A stretch of 64,000 bases of DNA from Raja brachyura (Eukaryota), in NCBI GenBank assembly GCA_963514005.1, contig OY740791.1, forward strand, positions 17,360,001 through 17,424,000, read 5' to 3'. Shown here piece by piece: positions 1 through 12,800 of this stretch. Position 1 is the first letter of the stretch; each line of letters opens with the position of its first letter. Under the pieces are notes generated by a model, which saw only the letters and a list, made by a program, of their open reading frames with translations, did not search any database and was not told the origin of the DNA. Made by a program: the position numbers and the translations under genes.

Positions 1-375
1 CTCAATGCCTTTCGCTACCACCTTCCTCCACCTCTCTTTTTCCCGTGCCCCAACTGGACTCGCACCAATTTCTTCCCCTTCCACCAACGTTCCTTCCTCT
101 GGTTTCACAATTAACAGCTCTTCTAACCTTATCTCACACCTTTTGTCATTTCATCTCTGACCTTTGTGCAACCATCTGCCTATCAAACACCCCATTCACG
201 TGTTTCAACTTGTCACTCGCCACACTTTGCCATGCCCCTCCTCTCTTCCTGCTTTCTGCCCCCCCACCCCAACCCACAACAATCAGACAAAGTGTCCCGA
301 CCTGAAACGTCACTTATCCATGTTCTCCAGAGATGCTGCCTGACCCATTGAGTTACTCCAGCATTGTGTGTCCTT
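1..375 (+). mobile_element. Penelope-like element 3' end/terminal repeat with degenerate hammerhead motif
   Basis: CT-rich tract followed by CCCGACCTGAAACGTCAC...CCAGAGATGCTGCCTGACCC..TGAGTTACTCCAGCA, matching the family at 29476, 34396 and 59400. Confidence 0.65.
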
Positions 376-659
376 TTTTTCTTTTTAAACCACAAAGATG
401 TTAATTTTCATCAGAGGGTGGAGACACAAAAAAATATTTCCATTTGGGTTTGGTGTACTTTGAAGAGCTTTAGGAACATATGAGATAATTATGAGCATGA
501 AACACTAGAATCAGCAAGCCAAGCCAGGAATATCACCGATCAACTTAAATATCATAGATCCCATGCAGGTTTCTTCCATCTTGAACGTTACCACAAGCAA
601 AGCGCTTCGCAGCTTTTTTGCCGTTTGTCTTCGTAAATTCTAGTTAAACATCTAGTTAC

Positions 660-809
660 CTTATTGTGATCATTCTTTCTCCATTTTTGTCTTTTTGCTT
701 GTCAACATCAATGTGTGCACCAGTAACATCTTGAATAGCAGTTATATTGCATCCCCCTCTTCCCATTATCCTTGATACAACAGACGCTGGGACAGATAAT
801 TTCTTTGAC
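660..809 (-). CDS. ANKHD1: ANKHD1 KH-domain exon, [49 protein letters not shown]
   Basis: ccag|GTCAAA, AAG|gtaact; 150 nt; contains KH GxxG loop (GRGG). Confidence 0.95.
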
Positions 810-3800
810 CTGGTTAAAGCAACTCTATATAAAAATCATAAAATTCTCAATATATCATCATTTCAATTTTGCATTTTCACATACAAACCCCACCCCCTCC
901 CCCTCCCCCAAAAGCAAAAACATATGCCAGGATATGGAAACAGAGACACTAGCAGTCTTTGGTAACATATCACAAGCAAATATCCCACACACTTAAAATA
1001 ATATCCAAATATTAAAAGTTTACTCAAACATTCAAGACCCCGGCTAAGTTTTGTTTTACAATACCCATACATTTTCTATTATGTTAATCAGAATCAAAAT
1101 GTGGTTAATTTTAACTCTATGTCATGGAATCCAAAACAAATTTGATGCAGCTTTAACAATGCCCTTGCTCAATTTAAAGACCAAGAAGTAAATCCAAACC
1201 CCGCTGACCTGACGTCTGTGGTAGGCATGTTACCGGAGAGGATTCTGAGGTATAAGTTATACATGCATTTGGAAACACCGGGGTTGATGAGGGATTGTTA
1301 GCATGTTTTTGAGCATGGGAGATCGTGTATCACACATTTGATTCCGTTTTTTAAGTAACCCAGATGGTTGATGAAGGCAAGAGCCTAGACGTATGGACTT
1401 GACCAAGGCCTTTGATAAGGTTCTGCATGGTAGGTTGCTCGGGAAATTTAATTAGCATGTAATCTAGGGAGAGGTAGCTATTTAGATACAGAATTGGCTT
1501 TGTTGTTGGAATCAGGGTGGTATGAAGGAGTCAGTCATAAAGTTGTACAGCAAAGATGGGCAAAAACACTATTTTTTTCTGTGAAGAAAGACGAAGACTG
1601 GGGAACTTGGGACAGTTAATGTAAGCGTCTTGAGGACAGTCAGTATGACAGTAGAGGTGGTGCTGAACATCCTATGGTGCATGAAGGTTGACAAATCTCC
1701 CAGGCCAAATATATCTGAGGACACTTTGGGAAGCTAGAAAAATAAATTGCAGGCGCCGTGGCTGAGATATATGCAGCATCATTAGATACGGATGAGGTTC
1801 TGGAAGAATGGAAGGTGGCTAATGTTATGCCTCTGTATAAGCAGGGCTGCATGGAAAAGCCTGGGAACTATAGACCAGTGAGTCCAACATCTGTGGTTGG
1901 TAAATTACTCAAGAGTACTCAGAAGGATGACGTATAAGCATTTGGTTACATAAGGGTTGATTGGGGACAGTCGGCATGGCTTTGTGTGCGGGAGATAGTG
2001 TCTCACGAATCTGAGTTTTTGAAGTAGTAACCAAAAAGTTTGATGAGGGTAAAGCCGTAAACATTGTCTATTGTGGAATCAAGGGATATTGGGAGAAGGC
2101 AGGCACGGGTTATTGATTGGGGACGATCAGCCACGATCGCAATGAATGGTGGTGCTGGCTCGAACGGCCGAATGGCCTCCTCCTGCACCTACTTTCTATG
2201 TTTCTATATGGATTTCAGGAAGACATTTGACACGGTTGTGCACAGTAGACTGCTCTGGAAGGTTAGATTACATGGGATCCAGAGAGCTGGCCGACTGGAT
2301 AGAAAAGGGCCCATGAAAGGAAGCAGAAAGTGATAGTACAAAGTTGTATTTTGGACTGGAGGCCTGTGACAAGTGGTGTGCTTCAGGGATCAGTGCTGGG
2401 CTTATTCACTTTTTGTGTTTTATATCAACGATTTTGATGAGAATGTACAAGGCATGATTAGTAAGTTTGCAGTTGATTCTAAATTGGGTGGTATTATAAA
2501 TAGTGAAGATGGTCAGCAAAGGTTACAGGTCACGATCAGTTAGGCAAGTGGGCTGGGGAGTGGTTAATGACTTTAAATCCTTCATGGTGAATGGCAGGGC
2601 TCTGGAGAGTGTTGTAGAGCAGTGTGATCCAGGGGTGCAGGCACATAGTTCCTTGAAAGTGACGTAACATGCAGATAGGGTGGTCAAGAACCTATCAGAG
2701 GTTATGGGGAGAAGGCAGGAGAATGGGGTTAGGAGGGAGAGAGAGATCAGTCATGATTGAAAGGCAGAGTAGATTTGATGGGCCGAATGGCGTAATGCTA
2801 TCATCATTCCTATCATGAAGAAGGCCTCGGGCACATTGGCCATCAGCCAGGGTATCGAGTAGTTCGGATGTAATATTAGAATTGTACAACACGGTGCCAT
2901 GCTCTATGACTAAAAGTTGCTGCAATACTTTAGGATGCATCATCTTACACTGGAGGGCGCCCATCTCTGCATTCCACAGTGCAATTATTTAAATGTACAT
3001 TGAATGCCATTGCATTTTCCCCCAAATGTCATGATTATCTAAAATAATTTAAAAACTATTATGAGAACCAAAAATTATGTTCAAAAAGTATTAATTTTTC
3101 CATCTTTGTCCTAAATCATTTAAATATTGCTATTTAATTAGTCTGAAACAGAGAATGTTTTGGACTCAACTGCAATTTAGAAATCGTTGGCATTGCAAAG
3201 GGCATTCAATACACATTTAACTGGACTTTAATGTGCAGAGATGCTCTTCCTGCAGCGCATGATGATTCAAGGTAAACTACTGTAGCAACATCTTATTGAC
3301 ATTTGTTTGAAAAAAATCTTTCAGATAAAATTTCATAAACAAACAAATAGGATGTAAATTATTGTCGCACATAAAATTGATCATGGCCATTGACGGAACT
3401 GTAGCAATGCTCACCAAAAGCAATTTCCCTAAACCGTGGATATAATTTCGGAGATTGGGGGCTAATTTTTATAAAGCTGCATAAAATTCATTACTGCAAA
3501 ATATAATTACATTCTTTCATTGAACTTTCAGAATACTTTATAAGAATAATGCCTTGGCAAATGTAATCATTTTAAAATCTTACATTGTTGATTCTTTGTG
3601 GTACTTTGATATGCAAAGCCCTTTTTTTGCTATAATGAAAAGTGCATCATTCTGCATAAACTGTACTGAAATACCGATAATGCATTACATAAAAACATAG
3701 AAAAATAGGTGCAGGAGTAGGCCATTCGGCCCTTCAAGCCTGCACCGCCATTCAATGTGATCATGGCTGATCATCCAACTCAGTATCCCGTACCTGCCTT

Positions 3801-6800
3801 CTCTCCACACCCCCTAATCCCTTTAGCCACAAGTGCCACATCTAACGCCCTCTTTAATATAGCCAATGAACTGGCCTCAACTACCTTCTGTGGCAGAAAA
3901 TTCCAGAGACTCACCACTCTGTGTAAAGAATGTTTTCCTCATCTCGGTCCTAAAGGAATTCCCCCTTATCCTTAGACTGTGACCCGTTGTTCTGGACTCC
4001 CCCAACATCGGGAACAATCTTCCAGCATCTCGCTTGTCCAACCCCTTAAGAATTTTGTAAGTTTCCATAAGATCTCCCCTGAATCTTCTAAATTCCAGCG
4101 AGTACAAGCCGAGTCTATCCAGTCTTTCCTCATATGAAAGTGCTGACATCCCAGGAATCAGTCTGGTGAACCTTCTCTGTACCCCCCTCTATGGCAATAG
4201 CCTCTATGGAGACCAAAACTGTACACAATACTCCAGGTGTGGTCTCACCAAAACCCTGTACAACTGCAGTAGAGCCTCCCTGCTCCTATACTCAAATCCA
4301 CTCAGCCTTCCTGCTCCTATACTCAATTACACTCAGCCTTCTTAACTGTCAACATTTGCCTTAACAAAACCTTTCCCACAAATGGATCTAATTTGGATAT
4401 CAATGAATGGTTGTAAGATAATTCAGTATTTGCCACAATATATCAGCGGCGGATCTCTGAGCGAGTTATGTTTTTTAGCTTCAGAGGTACAACATGAAAA
4501 TAGGCCCTTCGGCCCACTGAGTCCACGCTGTACCTGTACACTAGTTGCATGTTATCCTATTTTTGCATCTTTCACACGAGGGGCAATTTACTGAAGCTAA
4601 ATAACCGACAAGCCTACACATCTTTGAAATGTGGGAGGAAATTAAAGCACCCAGAGAAACCCACGCAGTCACAATGAGAACATACAAACTCTGAACAGAC
4701 AGCACCCTTAGTCAGGATCGAACTCGGGTCTCTGGCGCTGTGAGGCAGCAGCTCGACTGCTGCACCACCATGCTGCCTAATATTGTATCCAAGTACACCA
4801 TATTTTGTAACATTATCATCAAGTAAACAAAATCAAAGTGCTGACATTATCTTAAAGTTTAAACTACATGAGTCAGGCATTCATAACATGATGATTGTGA
4901 CACGTACAATCTGTACATTGTCAAACAAAAATCTTACAAATTTTGACCGAAACACACCTAGGCCAGAGGAATTAAGCAGTTTTCAGTTTCTTTACATTTG
5001 TTTTGATGGAAAATTGGGAGCATGAATTTACTTCTTCAGATATCATGTAAGCACACTTAATACAGATAATGAATTAATAAATGTTGTAGTTACCTTCGTA
5101 CAACTTCTTTCCAGCCATCTTCTCTCTTTTGACCTCGCTTTGGACTGGTTAAATTCATTTTTCCATTTGGGGAGGACAATGGCAGTGAAGTGGACTTGTG
5201 AGTTGTAGACAGCGAGTTGGAATTTGGTTCACTGGTGCTATCATGCAGTCTAGAAATAAGCACATTTCACAATTAGGAGAAAATGCCAAATGCAAAGGTA
5301 CTGTTGAGGAAGAATCAAAGCCTGAACAAATGTTAATCCCACCTTGCATGATTCTGAGTTTCTGAGAAGGATGTAATAGACTTTTCACTTCTTGTCGGAT
5401 ATAATTTTTGCTCACTGAAGTTGTGGAAATCAGCAATTACGTTGAGCTCTTGGCTTTTACCACCACTGCTGCACTCACTATTGCAGTCTGTACTGTCAAC
5501 GTTGTCTGAATCACTGTTCCCTCCTGCACCACCACCTCTTGGTTCACCATTGATTTTATTTTTATCTGCCTTCTGTTGGGCTATTGACATATGCTGATCT
5601 TCTAGAATTATTTGAACACTTTGCGAGGAATCCTTAGTTTTGTTTTTCTTGTTCTTCCTGTTAGTACTTGGTGTTGTTACTACATTAGCTCTCTTTTTCC
5701 CATAAGCACTAGTAAAGGTGGCTGAAGTTGCAGAGATACCAATGGTTGTCGTCGTGGTTGCACTGGGAGGTTCTATGGGCACAACTTCTTCATCTGTGGA
5801 AAAACCAAGAGCAAATCAGTTCAATCTTTAAATAAAAAATAAAGCCCCTAAAATATGTGCCTTTCGCATAAGATGAAAACTTGCCTTCAAATCTATCTTT
5901 TTCAGGAGTTTGCTGCTTTTCTGAGCTCTCCTTAACTCGGGCTTCTTCCTCCTCCTGCTTCCGCTTCTGCTCTTCTTTCTTCTTTTTCCGTTTTTCCTTT
6001 CTTTTCTCCCTTTTTGCTGCAAGAGCTAGTTTTCGGCTTTCTTCTCTTGACTACAAAGATATTAATGTACAGTTTAAGCAATAAAGTGTGCAGATTTTAT
6101 TATTTACAAAAATAGATCATGTTGCTAGAAGGGAATTAATTCAAGAGACACGATTTAAAATATTTGTCAAGTCTACTTTAAATCCAGTGAATGAAATCCA
6201 GCTATGAAAGAAGGTATAAGGGAGGTTACAAGAGAAAACAATGGCTTTGTTTTTGCTACTGCAACAATCTGCTAACTTTAATAGTATTAATACTTTAATC
6301 AAAAACTGTATCTGTTTGTCCATTAAAATGTGCTAACAATTTTAGTATATCTAAAAGTCATCTAAATGTTTCAACATTTAGATCTAAAAGTTCAAAGGTA
6401 GCAGTGAGTACAGTGTGGGAATTTTCAGATATCTTAACAATTATTCGGAATCATCTCCCACCTTCTCCAAGTCTAGCTCCTTTAGCAGAATGCTTGCATT
6501 CTTGTTTGCTTCAGCGGCTTGCTGGTCCTTTGCTTTAACAATTGTTTCCATGCATTGGTGGCATTTCTTAAGCAGCTCCTAGAACAATGAATTATAATCA
6601 GATTAAAAGCTCTTACATTTTTAGGGCATCATAATGTGCATATATATACACACACAGTGGCTAGAAGATAAAAAGTGTAACTAGGAAAAAGTGATGTTCA
6701 CTTATCCACAAAGCATACAAGTCATGAAAATGTTCAAATACCCGTTTCCTTATAGCAATAGTACAATTGTTAACTAAACCTCTGATCAAAACAGTTGACC

Positions 6801-9800
6801 AACGGTTTATCATAAATTATGGAACATCTTATTACAAGCGGAAAATAATCATCTTAATAGGGCTTTGTCAAATCAATTAAATCTTAAAGTGCCAAAAAGT
6901 CATAGAGACATGGACTATTGCCTTGGTTATTATGACTGAATGGGGCCAAATGGCCCTTTCTTTGCTATATGAATCAGAGGTGCAAGCCATCTGGAGACTG
7001 AAAAAAATACTTTGGCACAAATTATTTGTAGGTCAGCAGGTTTATTGAAATCTGTAAACAAGCATTGCTTAGATTCATGGGCACACAAAATTATTCTCTA
7101 GCACATTACCATGTCAGCATTCTTTAGCATGGGCAATCATAACATTCTTCAATGCATTTCTGTTGCCAAGTTCAATAGGACTACTTGTGTTTGGTTCCAT
7201 TTTTTGTTATGATCTGAACAATTTCAGCATTTACAGCTTATTTCAAGACACGTGAGAATTTATCCTGGGCTCTTCCTCATCTATGCGTTCTATTTTTGGG
7301 ACATTATCTACTCTTGTGGTCAGATGTTGGAAAATAAAATGCAGACAATAATTTTTTTATGTGGAGTTGAAGAGCCTCTTGTCAGAGGTTAGGACAATGG
7401 AATGTACCACTTTGCATTTCTATCCTCTTTGCTAAAAGAGTCTACATGAATAAAGAGTTCAAACTGTACTTACAACTAATGGTTTCAATTGCAGATAACT
7501 GAAGGTGGGGATAAAAGCAGAACAAGTTATTGACAGAGAACAGATACCATTTCTGATTGAGCAGAAATGGGTCCAAAAGCTCAGTTCAGAATCAACTTGA
7601 ACAGAGTCTGAAAGAGTACATAAGGGGCGATTTTGGTACAGATCACAAAGTGGTAGCTTATGTCTTCCTAACTTTCGGCTGGAAGCTCTTCAATACTAGG
7701 TGCAAACCGAAAACAAAGCACTGCACTGGTCCAGAGTCATTGTGCAGATATAATCAGCATACATGTGAAAGCTGAACCCAGGAGAACAGAATGCAGAATA
7801 ATGAGCCATGGTTAGATTTTTGGCACCTTGAGAGATTTTGCAAATAATATTGTTGTGAATGTAAAAATAAAAATGAAACCAAAGATATTCATAGCTTGGT
7901 AATAAAGTGTTGGGGATTATGCAATTGTATTTATCCAGGCTAAAGATGCAGAGATCTTCAAGAGGAATATGTACGTGTCAACATTTAACTTAAAACCCAA
8001 GAGGCCAAGAACAATAATTTTGCACTCTTGAATCTCACAAAATGGGAATGCACTCACCTTGTCAGTTATCGTTGCTATGTATCTCATACACTCAATATCA
8101 GATGGAAATTGATTCACCTCCTTAACCAAATACTGCACAACTTTTACATGACCCTGGTTTTTAAAAAAAAAGTATGATTCAATCTATACATTGAATTAAA
8201 TGACATTCCAGTAAGTTTTTACAAAGATATGTTCATACATAAATTATTGTAAGCTTACTGATTAAACCATCAAACCACCTTACACGCTGAAAAGAAAATT
8301 ACCTTATTCTCAATCTATTGTCTTTAACTGTTTCAATAAAATTTATACAGGCATTTTAGATGCATTTAAGCAATGTCAGGATGCAAATAAATGAAAAAAG
8401 ATGCAGCGTGTATCTGAGTTTCCCTATTGCCTTGAGTTACTATTCTTTATTCTTAGTGCATCATTACAAATGTTTTTTTCCTTTGACAGGGGTAACTAAA
8501 TTTGACCAGATAGGAAAAACACTGTCATGGTATCTTTCATTCCGAAGATACAATTTGAGCCTAGCAGGTAGGATACCAGAAGGCCGGTATCCTACCCCTT
8601 CAAAGCAATTTAGGTTAATTCTTGAGCAATCCCAAATGTACTGGATTTCCCTGACGGGATAGCTTTCCCTTGATGAATTTAAACCCGATTATTTCAAATA
8701 TTGCTGGTAGTGAGAAGCCTTTATTTAATCTATGAAATTTTCACAGTACATAGAGCTCTGGATATAATTTTTTTCAGTGTCACATTTTGGAAAGAGAAAG
8801 TATTTTACAGCTTAATGAGTTGAAGGAAAAAGGTCACACACAGGCGTGCAAGCAAATGGCAGCGAATAGGAATTAAAAGTACAACTTGTCCTATTTCTAC
8901 AAACCATAAAGACACAAACATCATTTATATAGTTCCAGTGTACCTGAACACTTGAATCACATACAAAGCCAAATACTGCAGGGGCTGGAATTCTGAAATA
9001 AACATTGATGTATGGGATTCAGCAGCATAGATTTCTACATGGGGCTTTGTCATGGGGGAGTCAAAGTAAAGGTTGAAACTACAATGAAATATTCGAGATA
9101 AGATCAGTTTAAGTGAGAAGTCATGATTTAACACCAATGCAAAAGGAATGATAGCATCCTCATAGTCAATGGCATTGTGGGGCTTGGCCCTCTTTGCTGA
9201 TGAAAGAGCCAACCTTGTTATTTACTCAAATCAAATTGAAACATTAAACTCTGCAGTTGTACAGAGCCCTAGTGAAACCACATCTGGAGTATTGTGTGCA
9301 GTTTTGGTCCCCTAATTTGAGGAAGGACATTCTTGCTATTGAGGGAGTGCAGCGTAGGTTTACAAGGTTAATTCCCGGGATGGCTGGACTGTCGAATGCT
9401 GAGAGAAAGGAGCAGCTGGGCTTGTACACTCTGGAGTTTAGAAGGATGAGAGGGAATCTCATTGAAACATATAAGATTGTTAAGGGCTTGGACACACTAG
9501 AGGCAGGAAACATGTTCCCTATGTTGGGGGAGTCCAGAACCAGGGGCCACAGTTTAAGAATAAGGAGTAAGCCATTTAGAACGGAGACGAGGAAACACTT
9601 TTTCTCACAGACAGTGGTGAGTCTGTGGAATTCTCTGCCTCGGAGGGCGGTGGAGGCAGGTTCTCTGGATGCTTTCAAGAGAGAGCTAGATAGGGCTCTT
9701 AAAATTAGCGGAGTCAGGGGATATGGGGAGAAGGCAGGAACGGGGTACTGATTGGGGATGATCAGCCATGATCACATTGAATGGCGGTGCTGGCTCGAAG

Positions 9801-12800
9801 GGCAAAATGGCCTACTCCTGCACCTATTGTCTATAAATGAAAACCATGCAGCTGTTCTGAATAAATGTATATTCCTCCCTAACTGTCAATTTCCCAATTT
9901 TACAAAGTAAACACCATTCTGGAGAATAGTTGAGTAAAAGACAAGAGTTTACCTTGCGGAAAGCTGCCATTAGAGGTGTGATTTTCCGGTTGTCTGCTGC
10001 ATCCACATCAGCACCAGCCTGAACCAATAACTGGACTACATCAAAATGCCCACCATTTGCAGCCAGCCATAAAGGTGTGTTACCTTTCTTATTGCGAACA
10101 TCAATGTGAGCCCCTCTGTTGTGTTCAAACAAAGATGGATAAAATTGTCGGCTATACATTTACAGGACCATAATGTAATCATTTTGAAACAAGTATTTTA
10201 GCATGAAATATTTAGACCATTAAATACCTGTTAATCAGCAGTTCACAAAATTTGTAGTGACCCTTATCTGCGGCAATGGTTAAAGCTGTATCACGTGATG
10301 AAGGCACAGGTGGTGCATTAACATCAGCACCTTTATCAAGCAGAACTCTTCCCACTTCTGCATACCCTCCAGAGGCAGCTTCCATTAGAGGTGTAAGGCC
10401 AGTCTAAATAGAAATGGTTCCAGTTATATGAAACTGCAGACAAATATTTCAATTTTATGTCACGCAATAAAAGATGCTGCACAAAATGAAAGGAAACATC
10501 GCAATACAGCATTATTCTAGTAATTTAACAAAATACACTTGTATTAAAACATATCACAGAAACACCAACACAATTTACACATTAGGTACAGTGCTCTCCA
10601 TAATGTTTGGGACAAAGACCCATCATTTATTTATTTGCCTTTGCACTCCACAATTTGAGATTTGTAATAGAACAAAAATCACATTTGGTTAAAGTGCACA
10701 TTGTTAGATTTTAATAAAGGCCATTTATATAATGCCTAGTGTCTGGTCTTCAGAAGAGTGTGGATCTCAAAGTTGATCCAAGGTTTCTGATTGGGAAACA
10801 CTCGGAAGGTTTTTGTGGGGATGCAGTCCTCCACACATTTCTTAATGAAGTCTGTAACGACTGTGGCGTATTCGTTCAAGTCCTTTGCCGAGTCCTTGAA
10901 CATTGCCCTGCCTACAGACTCCAAACAGTCCTGTAGTTGTTCCTCTCCCCTCCCACCCCCGACCAGCTCTGTACTGTCCTCACCTCTGGGGGTGCGCTCT
11001 TTAATTGCTGCCTGTAGGCAGGAAGAAGCAGCACCGCGGTATGGTCGGATTTACCGAAGTGAGGGCGAGGGATAGAGCGATAGGCATTCTTGATGGTGGT
11101 GTAACAGTAGTCGAGGGTGTTTGGTCCTCTGGTGCAGCAGGAGACATGTTGGTGGAAGTTGGGGAATGATTTCAGGATTTTTCAGATTTTTAATTACAGT
11201 AAAATTCAATCGGGTATAGAGAAACAAATTTAATGGCATGACAATAGTTGTAACAGAATGAAATGTCACTTGAAGAGTTATGATGACAAGAAGTAGATGT
11301 GAAAAATTAAATGCTAACTTTTGAAATAAGTCACTCAAATGATTTAAACAATCAAACTGTGAACAAATACTCATATAAAGTGCAAGCATCAAAAAGACTT
11401 GTTAAAATACTGATTAAAATATAAATTTTAAACTCAAGGGGAATTACTTTATATATATATCAGTAGATTACCTTTGCTCTGTGCTCAACATTTGCCTTCC
11501 TATCCAGCAGTAGGCTGACAACTTCCGCTCGACCTTGGAAGCAAGCCAGAGTGAGGGCAGTGTTTCTATTGGTCTCTATCTGGGCATTGATGTCAGAGCC
11601 CATGTCAAGCAACAGTTTTACTGATGCCACGTGGCCATTCATTGCAGCTAACATCAGAGGAGAAATCCCCAATTTGCTGCCAGTCCTGCAACAGAATGAA
11701 CATTTTAAAAATCTAATTTGCTCATCTCTACACACTTTCATTTGACATGTAAAATTATGTTTCTAATCCACCCCAAAACTAACTGATGAGAAAACCCTCA
11801 GTGATGGAATACGGTAGAAGGGGGGAGCAGCAGCCAGTACCATGTAAAAGCCAAATCAAAACCTCCTAAAATTACTTTTCCCTTATCCCTTTCTTTTGCA
11901 GTTTCCTTCAAATTAAATATCTTCCAAATTTAAAACTGTTCAGACATGCAATGGTGTGAGACTGCGTCCTTATACATTTAACTTCAAATGTATGCCAATG
12001 ATTCAATGTCACACACACACACACAACAGTCATGACCCATATAATAAAATAAAGTTTCACTGCCTTCGTTCATAACTTTGAGCAATTTCAATTTCTTGTT
12101 TTCCTTTGAAGTGGATGATTAAAATCAACGGGGAAGGTGCAACATCATCTGCACTGCAAATGATTTCTTCAATATTAAATTTGACTTTTAATTTACTGAC
12201 TATAATTCACCCAGCCTTTTATTCTTTGCTTTTTTCCTCAATCTTTGAACAGCGAATGAGGTAATACTGTTGGTTTTGTGCCAGGTTCTCAAATAATTAT
12301 CAGCTTACACTTTCAACAATTTATGGGACAATTTAGTTAAAACTACAAAATGCAAGATAGAAGCTAACTCCAGTAAAAGCACCAACAAAACTAACCTTTT
12401 TTTTTGCTGGGGCAATGGCGGTGGAGGTAAAACATATGACTTTGAGATCAGATTTTGAATATCAAGTTAAAACAAGAAACAGCATCAGAAACAGGATTAC
12501 TGAACAGAGCTGATAATATTTTGATCACATTAAGCAAACATTGTCAGTGAGTGTATGACTTATATATTAGGATCATCTGTGATACCTGGAATTAATTTCT
12601 GCTCCAGCATTTAGAAGGATCTTAATGATGTTAACGTAGCCACCAGACGCAGCAAGACTGAGAGGTGTGTAGTCCGAAACATTCCGATGTTCTTTGTTTG
12701 CACCACGAGCTAACAGCAGCTCTACTACCTAGAGACATTCAAATAAAAATTTAGAAATTAATTTAAATTCAATAAAATTTGATCCACTTTATCAAACATG

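Noticed and set aside
5094-5793. Single 700-nt exon
   Set aside because: In-frame TAA at 5333-5335; a 93-nt GT-AG intron (5250-5342) restores the frame.
9244-9751. Overlapping sense/antisense ORFs as a host gene
   Set aside because: CR1 ORF2 C-terminus and its antisense shadow.
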